From positions 128,001 to 192,000 of the forward strand of contig JBFWRP010000002.1 in the NCBI GenBank assembly GCA_050248855.1: a DNA stretch of 64,000 nucleotides, in the 5' to 3' direction. Positions 39,405 to 47,662 of this stretch are shown here, in pieces. The notes beneath the pieces are model-generated. The model was given only the letters and a program-made list of their open reading frames with translations. It was not told where the DNA came from and did no database searches. The DNA is from Planctomycetota bacterium (GTDB lineage: Bacteria > Planctomycetota > PLA2 > JAEUHO01). How positions within the stretch are numbered: the first letter of the stretch is position 1; each line of letters opens with the position of its first letter. The position numbers were made by a program, and so were the translations under genes.

Positions 39405-40663
39405 AGGTCGCCTCCGACGGCGCGCAGGCGTCGGGCCGGCGGCGCTTGGTCGCCTTCGTCGTCATCGCCGCCGACGTCGCCACGGCCCGAGGCGGTGGCC
39501 AGGGTGGCCGTTTCGATGTCGTCGACGATGCGGCCGATGCTGCGGCGGAACCGGTTCCACGGGCCGGCCTGCAGCACGTGCGGGCGGCCCATGTTGGTGG
39601 CCATCGGCAGCTTCTTGTCGAACGCGACCTCGTGGCGCACGGCGCGGTTCAGGTGGGCCTCCACGTCGGCGGGAGTGAGCTGCCCGGGGAAGCTCTTTTG
39701 CGCGCGGTTGAGGATGATCCACGTGCGGTCCTCGTCGATGCCCAGCTGCTCCAAGGTCTCGAGGAGGCTCGATGTCCCGTTGAGGATGGGCACGATGACT
39801 TGCGTGACCACGCACACGATGTTGGAGAGATCGAGCACGCTCATGACGACGCCGTCCACGACCGGGAACGTGTCGATGACGACGTACTTGTAGGCGCGAC
39901 GCGCGAGCGCGATCACGCGCGACACCACGCGGTCGTCTACGGCACTCGCAGCGAGCACCGTGGGCGGGGCCGGCAGCACGCGCAGTCCCGACTCGTGGGG
40001 GAGCGCCAGCTGCTGGAGCAGCGTGATGTCCAGACGGTCGAGCTGCTCGGCGGCGTCGGCCATGGACTGCGTCACGTCGAGGTCGAGCATGGAGGCGGCC
40101 ACACCCAGCTGGAGCGACAGGTCGAGCAGGATCACCTCGCCGGGATGGCGGCGGGCCAGCTCGCAGGCGACGTTGACCGAGACGCTGGACTTGCCGACGC
40201 CGCCCTTGTTGCTGACGAAGCTGATCACCTTGCCAAGCGCCCCGCCTCCCCGTCGGGCGTCGCCTCGTTGCAGGCGCGCGATGACGTTGGCGACTTCGCT
40301 GCTGCTGAGCGGGCGGCGCAGGAAGTCCATGACGCGGGCGCGCAGGGCCTCGATGATCAGGCTGCTCTCGGCCTCCGGATCGGCCAAGGTCTCGCGTCGG
40401 TACACCGCCACGACCGCCGCATCGGGCGCCACGGCAGCGATCTCCTCGGCGAAGGCCTTGAGCTCGGCGACGCGGGCGCCCATCTCGACGACCACGATGT
40501 CGGGCTGACGCAGGCGCGCGGTCTCGATGGCCGAACGGGTGTCGCGCTCGTAGGAGACGACGCAGCGCTTGCCCTTGACGCCTTCGAGCGCGATGTCGAA
40601 CTCCTCCTCGAGCGAGGGATCAGGCGCGATCACCAGGAAACGGGTGGCGGTCGTGTCGCTCAC
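39401..40663 (-). CDS. cpaE: CpaE/TadZ (receiver-like + MinD/ParA ATPase)
   Basis: Atypical receiver N-terminus, KGGVGKS and YVVIDT. Overlaps the cpaF start. Confidence 0.9.
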   Translation of the reverse strand: MSDTTATRFLVIAPDPSLEEEFDIALEGVKGKRCVVSYERDTRSAIETARLRQPDIVVVEMGARVAELKAFAEEIAAVAPDAAVVAVYRRETLADPEAESSLIIEALRARVMDFLRRPLSSSEVANVIARLQRGDARRGGGALGKVISFVSNKGGVGKSSVSVNVACELARRHPGEVILLDLSLQLGVAASMLDLDVTQSMADAAEQLDRLDITLLQQLALPHESGLRVLPAPPTVLAASAVDDRVVSRVIALARRAYKYVVIDTFPVVDGVVMSVLDLSNIVCVVTQVIVPILNGTSSLLETLEQLGIDEDRTWIILNRAQKSFPGQLTPADVEAHLNRAVRHEVAFDKKLPMATNMGRPHVLQAGPWNRFRRSIGRIVDDIETATLATASGRGDVGGDDDEGDQAPPARRLRAVGGDL

Positions 40664-40678
40664 GGGGTCCTCCGGGGC

Positions 40679-42103
40679 CTAGCGGCCCAAGGCGGCCGCT
40701 TTGGCCGGTTCGTCGATGGTCGCGTTGAGGTCGGCCAGCTGATCGGTCAACCAGCGAGGTAGGTCCGCCAACCCCGGGGCCGCGACGGCCGAGAGGTTGG
40801 TCGGGAAGATCGTGGCGGGCAGCCTGCGCACGAAGAGCAGCACGTGATCCTGCCCATCTTCTTCGTCGTCGTCGCCAACACCCGCATTGATCGTTGCGCG
40901 CACCACTTCGATCGCACCAAAACCCACGATGCGCGGGTCCATGTCGTCCTTGGGCACGTTGTTGACGGGCGGCAGGAAGGGCGGGTTGCTGTTGCCGGGT
41001 CGACCGTCGTAGAAGAGCAGCACGTCACCTTCGTAGAGCGGGACGGTGAACAGGCGCGGCGTGTATCCGGGCAAATGGGGATTGCCGAGGAGGGCGAGCG
41101 CGCGGTCGATGTCCGGTGCCACGTCGACCCAGACGGGGTCTCCGATGGACCACGAGCGGCGTTGGGGGTCGTCGAGGCGATCGGCGAACACGGCATTGGG
41201 CGTAGTCCCGCCTCCTACCAGCTGGCCCGGGGGGATGATCGGCGGCGCACCCCGCGTCGGGTTCGGATTGGGCAGGGGCGGCCCCGGGTTGGGGTTGCCG
41301 CCCCCGCTCGTGTTCGCACCGAACTGGATGACGAACGTGCCGTCGGGCTCCGTGGCAGGAGGACCGTTCCAGTAGTCGAGCTCGAGCGCGATGGGGGCGT
41401 AGCCGGGAATGCCGTACGCGTCGTGCGGCGGTCCGGCCAGCGTGGCGTTGCGGGCCTGGGCGATGGTGGTGGCGCGCACGCTGACGCCCTTCTCGCGCGT
41501 CTCGCCGGCCATCAGGCTGCCGCGGGCGAAGAGGTAGGGAATCACCGGTCCCGTGCTGCTGATGCCCGCCTGCGCGTCCAAGCCCTCGTCGTCGGTGGTC
41601 CGACGGACGCGGACCAAGAACGCCTCGCGGCGGTCGGGATCGGCGACCGTGTCGAAGTCGCTGCGCTGGTACGCGGGGTCCTCGGCGTGGGTGGCGTCGG
41701 CCTCGTCGTACCAACCGGCCACCAGATCGCCGTGGATCTCGTTGGTCTCGTTCAGCTCGAGGTCGGGCTTGTAGACCAAGCCGGGATCCACGACGACCTG
41801 CTTGTTGGCGCCCATGTTCGTGGTGCCACCCTGCAGCGTCACGTACGGCCCGGCGCCGTACTGGTACGCGTCGCCCGCCGTGCTGCCGAAGTCGTCGTCG
41901 AAATGGGCCTGGAGGCGGCGGCGCGCCGCATCGCGGCGCTCGTCGTCGGACAGGGTGTCCTCGAGACGCAGTCCTTCCAGCGCCGCCCCATCGGCGGCGT
42001 TGCTCATCTGGCGCTGTGTGAGGCGCACGAAGCCCAGGTCGGCGATGAGGCCGCCGAAGGCGAAGAACGCGAACAGCAACAGGGCGATGAAGACCTGGAT
42101 CAT
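40679..42103 (-). CDS. TadG-like pilus assembly protein
   Basis: N-terminal hydrophobic helix ending ADLG...QRQMSNAADGAALEG (Tad/TadG N-terminal motif). GGAGG RBS. Confidence 0.82.
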   Translation of the reverse strand: MIQVFIALLLFAFFAFGGLIADLGFVRLTQRQMSNAADGAALEGLRLEDTLSDDERRDAARRRLQAHFDDDFGSTAGDAYQYGAGPYVTLQGGTTNMGANKQVVVDPGLVYKPDLELNETNEIHGDLVAGWYDEADATHAEDPAYQRSDFDTVADPDRREAFLVRVRRTTDDEGLDAQAGISSTGPVIPYLFARGSLMAGETREKGVSVRATTIAQARNATLAGPPHDAYGIPGYAPIALELDYWNGPPATEPDGTFVIQFGANTSGGGNPNPGPPLPNPNPTRGAPPIIPPGQLVGGGTTPNAVFADRLDDPQRRSWSIGDPVWVDVAPDIDRALALLGNPHLPGYTPRLFTVPLYEGDVLLFYDGRPGNSNPPFLPPVNNVPKDDMDPRIVGFGAIEVVRATINAGVGDDDEEDGQDHVLLFVRRLPATIFPTNLSAVAAPGLADLPRWLTDQLADLNATIDEPAKAAALGR

Positions 42104-42127
42104 GGGAGCCTCCGGCTCGGCGTCGAG

Positions 42128-43285
42128 CTACTCGACACTCTCCTCCTCACCGCTCTCCGCGGACTCGTCGGCAACCGGCTCTTCGGCGTCCTCCGAGGGC
42201 GTGGGGCTCGGCGCGGGCGTCGGCTCGTCGGGGCGCGTCTCCGGTCCGATCGGGACGGCCTTGATCCGCTTGACGCCGCCTTCGACGACCTCGACCAGAC
42301 GCACGCGCTCCTTGGGCGCGTCCGACGTCGGCGCGACGGGCGTGGGCATCAGGTCTTCGACCGCGATCTCGATGTCGGGGATGCGCCCCGCGTCGCCGCC
42401 CTTCGAACTGCCCTGGCCGCGCATGGCAACCTGGATCCTTGCGCCCAAGGCAAGTGCCTGCTCGAGAGCGGCGACCTCAGCCGGATCGATCGCGATCACG
42501 ATTTCCTCGAGCGGCTTGTTGCGCGGGTTGGGGCGCACCGCCGGCGCGCTGCCAGCCACCTCCTCGCGACGATGCACCGGCTGGACGACCGTGCCTCCCT
42601 CGACAACGACCTTCACCTCGGCCATGCGACGCTTGATCGTGGGTGCCTCCGGCGGCGGCTCCTGATCGGCCGCGTGGAGCGGTGCGTAGGGGCCCTCGAT
42701 GTCGAGATCGCTCGCGCGACTGCGGGGCATGCGCTTCGGGGCCTCGATCTCCACCTCGGTCGTCATCACGACGTCGAACTCATCGCCCTGGTTGAGGCCA
42801 TGCAGCCCGGGAATGTCGCTGGCCTTGAGGCGCATCGCACGCTTGCCGGCGGGAATGCCGGCAGTCGGGCCGGGGCGCGTTCCGATCGGATACAGGTCGG
42901 ACTGCCGAATGACGCGCATGGGATCCAGGTCGTGACGGGCCACCCGGCCGACGACCTGCGCAAAGGACGTGAGCATGTCCTCGGCGACTGCGGCGCGATT
43001 GACACGCAAGGTCGACATGCCCTTGCCGTTGGGCCGCGTCACGTGCAGGCCCGTGATCTCGGCGTACGCCGGAATCGGCCGGCCCACGACGAGGATCTCG
43101 ACGGAGTTGGGATCCGGAGCAGGCGCCGGCGGCGGGGTGTCGGCCGTGAGGAAGGGCAGCGTGATCGCGCCCGTGCTGTGCAGCAGGAGGGCGCCGCCGC
43201 AGACGGCGAGCAGCGTGATCATGATCGCGGTCGCGGTGGAGCTGGCGCCGCCGTGGCGCTTGCGTCCGTAGTTCTGGTTGACCAT
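42128..43285 (-). CDS. cpaB: CpaB/RcpC-like SAF-domain pilus assembly protein
   Basis: TM helix, SAF-like RPIPAYAEIT...VGRVARHDL, and IPAGKRAMRL...LNQGDEFDVV. Confidence 0.82.
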   Translation of the reverse strand: MVNQNYGRKRHGGASSTATAIMITLLAVCGGALLLHSTGAITLPFLTADTPPPAPAPDPNSVEILVVGRPIPAYAEITGLHVTRPNGKGMSTLRVNRAAVAEDMLTSFAQVVGRVARHDLDPMRVIRQSDLYPIGTRPGPTAGIPAGKRAMRLKASDIPGLHGLNQGDEFDVVMTTEVEIEAPKRMPRSRASDLDIEGPYAPLHAADQEPPPEAPTIKRRMAEVKVVVEGGTVVQPVHRREEVAGSAPAVRPNPRNKPLEEIVIAIDPAEVAALEQALALGARIQVAMRGQGSSKGGDAGRIPDIEIAVEDLMPTPVAPTSDAPKERVRLVEVVEGGVKRIKAVPIGPETRPDEPTPAPSPTPSEDAEEPVADESAESGEEESVE

Positions 43286-43323
43286 CGGGGGGTGATCTCC
43301 GTCGTGGCGGCGAGGGGCTCGAG

Positions 43324-44244
43324 CTAGTCGAACACTTCGCGCGTCATGACCATTTGGGCAGTGAGAAGCTTGCGGAACGGGCGGACCGTCTGGCCCTGGG
43401 CGTAGAGACGACCCAGGCCGTACGTGCCGGCGTAGGCGCCGGCGGCGCCGTCGTCGGCCAAGGTGGCGCCGGGCGCGACGTTGGACTCGCTGACGCCGTT
43501 GTCATCGGCCAGGATCGGCGTCGAAACGTTGGGGGCGGTCGGTCCGCCCGGGGCCTGCAGGTAGCCCGTCATCATCGCGGCCTGCCACGGGTAGTTGATG
43601 CGAATGGCCACGAGGCCCCGCTCGGGCATGCCGGCGGGCGTGTTCATGCTGAACGGGCTGGCGCCGGGATAGCTGGCGTTCTGGATCTCCTCGATCACGG
43701 GGACCCAGCGGATCGTCTCGCGCCCGTCGCCGTCGCGGCCCTCGACCAGCGGGATGCCCACGGTCAGGCCGCTCGGCGTGCTGGCATCGACCAGGAGCGC
43801 GCCCGGGTAGCGCAGCAAGCGGCGACCGTCGCGACGCTCGAAGATCATGAGCGGTCGCAGCATCTTGTTGAGCACCGGCAACGAGTCGCTGAACTCCTCC
43901 AGCGTCAGGCCGCCGGGGATGTTGTCCAGGTCGATCACCAAGTGCGCAGGCTCGTACACGCGCTGGCGGACCACGGGGTCCTGCAGCGCCTGCTCCAGCG
44001 TCATGCCGGCCGGCAGCGGGATGGTGGCCAGCTCGCGTGCCGTGGCGCGTGCCGCGTCCTGTACGGCGTGGGCGGAGAAGAACAGCCGCCCGAAGTCGAT
44101 CACGACCGCGATCAGCAGGTACATGAGCAGTGCGATGAAGGCGAACTCGACCAGGATGGCGCCGCGCATGGACTGGCGCGTGCGTCGGCCGCGGATCGTC
44201 GCGCGGTCGGGAGCGTCGTGGATGGCGGTGGGGGGGAGGGCCAT
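43324..44244 (-). CDS. tadE: TadE-family pseudopilin with large C-terminal domain
   Basis: Prepilin site RG-AILVEFAF, DFGRLF and AARATAR. Confidence 0.87.
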   Translation of the reverse strand: MALPPTAIHDAPDRATIRGRRTRQSMRGAILVEFAFIALLMYLLIAVVIDFGRLFFSAHAVQDAARATARELATIPLPAGMTLEQALQDPVVRQRVYEPAHLVIDLDNIPGGLTLEEFSDSLPVLNKMLRPLMIFERRDGRRLLRYPGALLVDASTPSGLTVGIPLVEGRDGDGRETIRWVPVIEEIQNASYPGASPFSMNTPAGMPERGLVAIRINYPWQAAMMTGYLQAPGGPTAPNVSTPILADDNGVSESNVAPGATLADDGAAGAYAGTYGLGRLYAQGQTVRPFRKLLTAQMVMTREVFD

Positions 44245-44271
44245 CGGTCGTCTCCTCTCGGGGCGCGGGGG

Positions 44272-44691
44272 TCAGAAGGTCAGTGCCAGGACGTAGCCCA
44301 CGAGGAAGGCGGGTCCCAGCACCACGTCGCGACTCCCCTTGCGGAGTGCCACGAACGCCAGCAAACCGCCCACGAGGGCGATCCACGGCAGGAAGAGCAG
44401 CAACTTCAAGGGCCCGAAACAGGCCCCGAGGCCCGCCAACACCTTCCCGTCGCCACCGCCCAGGGCTCCCAGGCGGAAGGCGACCAAGCCGATGCCGAGA
44501 CCCGTCGCGAGCCCGAGCGCCAGGTCGCCCCAGCCGGGCTCCCACCAGCCGAGCGCCCGGACCGCGATCGCCCAGCCCAGGAGGGCCAGGGAGAAGAGGT
44601 CCGGGATCTTGCCGGTGAAGGCGTCGTGGACGGCGACCCCGAAGAGGATCACGGCCGGCACCCAGAACGCCGGTGACGAGAAGATCAGCAT
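44272..44691 (-). CDS. cpaA: Prepilin peptidase CpaA/TadV (peptidase A24)
   Basis: HDAFTGKIPD and GGGDGK catalytic-Asp motifs in a multi-TM protein. Confidence 0.9.
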   Translation of the reverse strand: MLIFSSPAFWVPAVILFGVAVHDAFTGKIPDLFSLALLGWAIAVRALGWWEPGWGDLALGLATGLGIGLVAFRLGALGGGDGKVLAGLGACFGPLKLLLFLPWIALVGGLLAFVALRKGSRDVVLGPAFLVGYVLALTF

Positions 44692-44697
44692 CGGGAC

Positions 44698-44729
44698 GCT
44701 CCGCCTCCGCGCGGACGCGGAGGCGGAGC
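44698..44729 (-). terminator. Strong hairpin between flp and cpaA (attenuator, stabiliser or RBS-occluding)
   Basis: Perfect 14-bp stem gctccgcctccgcg/cgcggaggcggagc with a 4-nt loop and no U-tract. Confidence 0.6.
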
Positions 44730-44755
44730 TCCGTTCTCCAAGGAGCGGACGACGG

Positions 44756-45112
44756 CTACGGGCCCGCGGGCGGGTAGGCCGTGACGAGCTCCGTCAGCTG
44801 GTCCTGGTCGAAGCCCAGGTTGTTGCCGAGGCGCTGCTCGCCGCTCTGGTTGAGGATCGTCTCGACGTCGACGGCGATGTCACCGTTCGCGTTCGTGTGC
44901 GTCTCGATGAGACGACCCGAGGCGATGGGGTTGTTGTCGTCGTTGCTGACGCCGGGAATGATCGTCGCGGACGAGCCGATCAGGTCGCTGGTCTTGTGAC
45001 CGAGCAACGAGACGGCCGCGACCGCCACGATCGCGATGCCTGCCACGAGCAGGGCGTACTCGACGAGAGCCGCGCCCTTCTTGTCGCGCAGGAACGTGCG
45101 AATGAGCTTCAT
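44756..45112 (-). CDS. flp: Flp-family type IVb/c pilin, extended (118 aa)
   Basis: MKLIRTFLRDKKG-AALVEYALL carries the G/xxxxEY Flp motif. GGAG RBS. Confidence 0.92.
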   Translation of the reverse strand: MKLIRTFLRDKKGAALVEYALLVAGIAIVAVAAVSLLGHKTSDLIGSSATIIPGVSNDDNNPIASGRLIETHTNANGDIAVDVETILNQSGEQRLGNNLGFDQDQLTELVTAYPPAGP

Positions 45113-45423
45113 GCGTGATATCTCCGGGGGGAACGAGAAGAGGGCTGGCCTGACACGGGTCGTCCCGCGCCTTGCCAGCCCCCCTGCCATGTCGGTGACG
45201 CGCCCGGGCTGGGCGGCCACAAGTCGGGTGAGTGTCGTCGTGCCGGGAGCAGCGAGAGCCGGGTGCTTCGCCGCCGTGGCATCCCCCTCACCATCGGCAG
45301 TCAGGAGGGCGGTACCCGAGGGGAACTTCGGGCGGCCATCCGTCAGGCATGTCGAGGGGGGACTGGATCCTCCGGGCGAAGCGCGCCGTGGCTGCCGGAC
45401 AGCCTGCGGCCTCGCCAATGCGG

Positions 45424-47352
45424 TCAGCGACCGCTGCGGTAGAGAACGTGCTCGGCGAGGTCCGGGTAGGCCCACAGGCGGGCCTTGCGGGTCGGCTCGC
45501 GCAGCACGACGGGCCGCACGACCACGACGAGCTGGAACTCGTCGCCTTCGCGCTCGTAGCCCTTGAAGAGGTCGCCCACGAGCGGCGCCTCGGAAAGCCC
45601 CGGCGTCTGGTTGGTCGTCGCCGAGACGTTGCGGGTGATGAGACCGCCGAGCAAGAGCGACTGCCCGTCAGCGAGCTTGGCCGTCGTCTGCAGCGAGCGC
45701 GTCCGGAAGGCCGTCGTGGTCTGGGCCGTGCCGGTGCTCTCGCGGATGCCCGCGGTCAGGTTGGCATCGGGCAGGCTGATCGTGGGGGCGACGTCCAGGG
45801 TGATCTGTCCGCGCTCGCCGACGAGCGGGCGCACGTTGAGCTGCACGCCAAAGGGCCGGAACTCGACGGAGTTCAGGATGCCGTCGGTCGTGATGTTGGT
45901 CGCGACCGACTGGGGGATCGGGATCTCGCCGCCGACCTGGAACGAAGCCTGCTCGCCCGAGAGCACGGTGAGCGAGGGACGGGAGAGGCTGCGCGCGTAG
46001 CCCGTCTGCTCGAGCAGGCGCAGCAAGCTGTCGAACGCGAAGTTGTCGCCGGCGATCTGCAGCTGGTTGCTGAGCGTGCCCGAGAGGAACGCGAAGACGT
46101 TCTGGACGTCGGGGTCCTCACCCTGGTTGCCCACGCGGCGCGCGCCGCCACCCTGCAGCGTGCCGGCGCCCGTGCCCGCCACCCGCGCCGGGTTGAAGCT
46201 GCCCTGGCGGAAGTTGCTGGCGAACAAGCCGAAGTCGGAATTGAAGGCCTTGAGCTTGGTGCAGTTGACTTCGTAGAGCTCGATGTCCACGCGTACCTGG
46301 GGCAGGTCGGTGACTTCCACGAAGGAGAGGATCCGACCGCGTCCGGCCTCGATGACCTTGGCGCGACCCACGTTGGCCTCGATCAGGTTGCGCAGCGTCG
46401 ATGAGCTGCTGCCCAGCAGCTGGGACAGGCCGCGGACGGTGCTGCCCGTGTTGGTGCCGCCGCCGCTCGCCTGGCCCGCCAACGCGCCGGACTCATCCGC
46501 GCGCACCTCGATGGAGTCCTCGCGGCTGTTGCCGAGCAGGCTCTGGGCCACGCTCAGCGCGCGGATCAGGGTGGTCTGCGTGTCGATCTGGCCGGTCAAC
46601 ACGAAGATGTCGGTTTCGTCCGAAGCGACGCGGCCCTTCACGAGACGGCGAACGACGACGTTGCGCGCACCCAGCTCGTGGATGGCGTCCTGTATGCGGT
46701 CCTCGAGCCGACCGGGCAGGCTCTCGACGCGGATCAAGTTGATCACGGCCGCGGACGTGCGCAGTTCTTCGATGGGCTCGATGACCGGCTGGTCGTCGAC
46801 GGCGCCGGCGTCACCACCCTCCCCGCCGTCGGGCGTGACGACGCGCACACCCGGCGAACCGCGGCGACGCGAGCCGCGCGCGGCGTCGAGGTAGCGCTGC
46901 GCCATCTCCTCGGCGGCGTTGGCGTAGGTGATGTCCGGCACGGTGCCGCGCAACACCACCGCGTCGCGATCGGGGGCCGAGGCCACCTGGATGGACGGGT
47001 GCACGTCGCGCAGGGCGGCCTCGAGCAAGGAGAGGTCCCGGCGCACGTGGAAGAGGTACGAGCGGGTCGTGCCGTCCGCGAACCAGACCATCAGGCTCGT
47101 GCGCCCGAGCTCCCGCCCGAGGACCAAGCCCTCGCGCAGACTCAGCTCCTCGAACGTGACGACGTCCGGATTCGCGACGGCAACGCGCGCGAAGTCGCGG
47201 TCGAAGGCGAGACGCGCGTGCGTCGAGACGAGAAGGTCTCGCTCCTCCGTGCTCTCGGCCGCCACGGCGAGCCCGCCGAGCGAAACGAGGACAGCAAGAG
47301 CCACGGCGCGCGCCGTGAAGCGAGCGCGCGCTCGCCAGCTTCCGATTGCCAT
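45424..47352 (-). CDS. cpaC: CpaC/RcpA secretin
   Basis: RVAVANPDV...GRTSLMVW, BON-like region, PSLTVLSGEQASFQVGGEIPIP, FGVQLNVRP and PGLSEAPLVGDLFK. Confidence 0.93.
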   Translation of the reverse strand: MAIGSWRARARFTARAVALAVLVSLGGLAVAAESTEERDLLVSTHARLAFDRDFARVAVANPDVVTFEELSLREGLVLGRELGRTSLMVWFADGTTRSYLFHVRRDLSLLEAALRDVHPSIQVASAPDRDAVVLRGTVPDITYANAAEEMAQRYLDAARGSRRRGSPGVRVVTPDGGEGGDAGAVDDQPVIEPIEELRTSAAVINLIRVESLPGRLEDRIQDAIHELGARNVVVRRLVKGRVASDETDIFVLTGQIDTQTTLIRALSVAQSLLGNSREDSIEVRADESGALAGQASGGGTNTGSTVRGLSQLLGSSSSTLRNLIEANVGRAKVIEAGRGRILSFVEVTDLPQVRVDIELYEVNCTKLKAFNSDFGLFASNFRQGSFNPARVAGTGAGTLQGGGARRVGNQGEDPDVQNVFAFLSGTLSNQLQIAGDNFAFDSLLRLLEQTGYARSLSRPSLTVLSGEQASFQVGGEIPIPQSVATNITTDGILNSVEFRPFGVQLNVRPLVGERGQITLDVAPTISLPDANLTAGIRESTGTAQTTTAFRTRSLQTTAKLADGQSLLLGGLITRNVSATTNQTPGLSEAPLVGDLFKGYEREGDEFQLVVVVRPVVLREPTRKARLWAYPDLAEHVLYRSGR

Positions 47353-47551
47353 GCCTGACGACCTCCCGGCCCCCCGAGCCAAGGGACAAGCCTAGGCATT
47401 CCGCCCCGTGTAGCCAGCCCCGACTGCGCTCACGCCTCCCTGACGGGGGAAGGGCGCCACGGGCGGAGCCCTGTTTCATGGACGCATGGGCCGCGTTCCG
47501 GCTCGATGTCCGCGGCTGTTCGTCGGTCCAAACCATTACTGGATAACGGGT

Positions 47552-47643
47552 TGCAATTTTGCAGGGACTTTAGTCCCAGCCGAGCGTCGAGATTCGTGGA
47601 CGCGGCCTCCCGCGGGGACGTGGCAACGCCTGGACACGTTGCC
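47552..47643. promoter_or_regulatory. Locally AT-richer palindrome cluster upstream of the Tad operon
   Basis: tgcaa-tt-ttgca (47552-47563), gggact-tt-agtccc (47564-47577) and ggcaacg-N8-cgttgcc (47622-47643). Confidence 0.45.
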
Positions 47644-47662
47644 GTGCGCTGGCGCGGCTACG

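Noticed and set aside
42104..42130. cpaB and the tadG-like gene are in the same frame, separated by one TAG (possible read-through or pyrrolysine)
   Set aside because: The downstream gene has its own GGAGG RBS and ATG, cpaB ends in a natural acidic tail, and there is no evidence for amber recoding.
45113..47660. Sigma54 promoters directly upstream of flp or cpaC
   Set aside because: The TGGC-containing candidates I inspected lack the required GG-N10-GC spacing.
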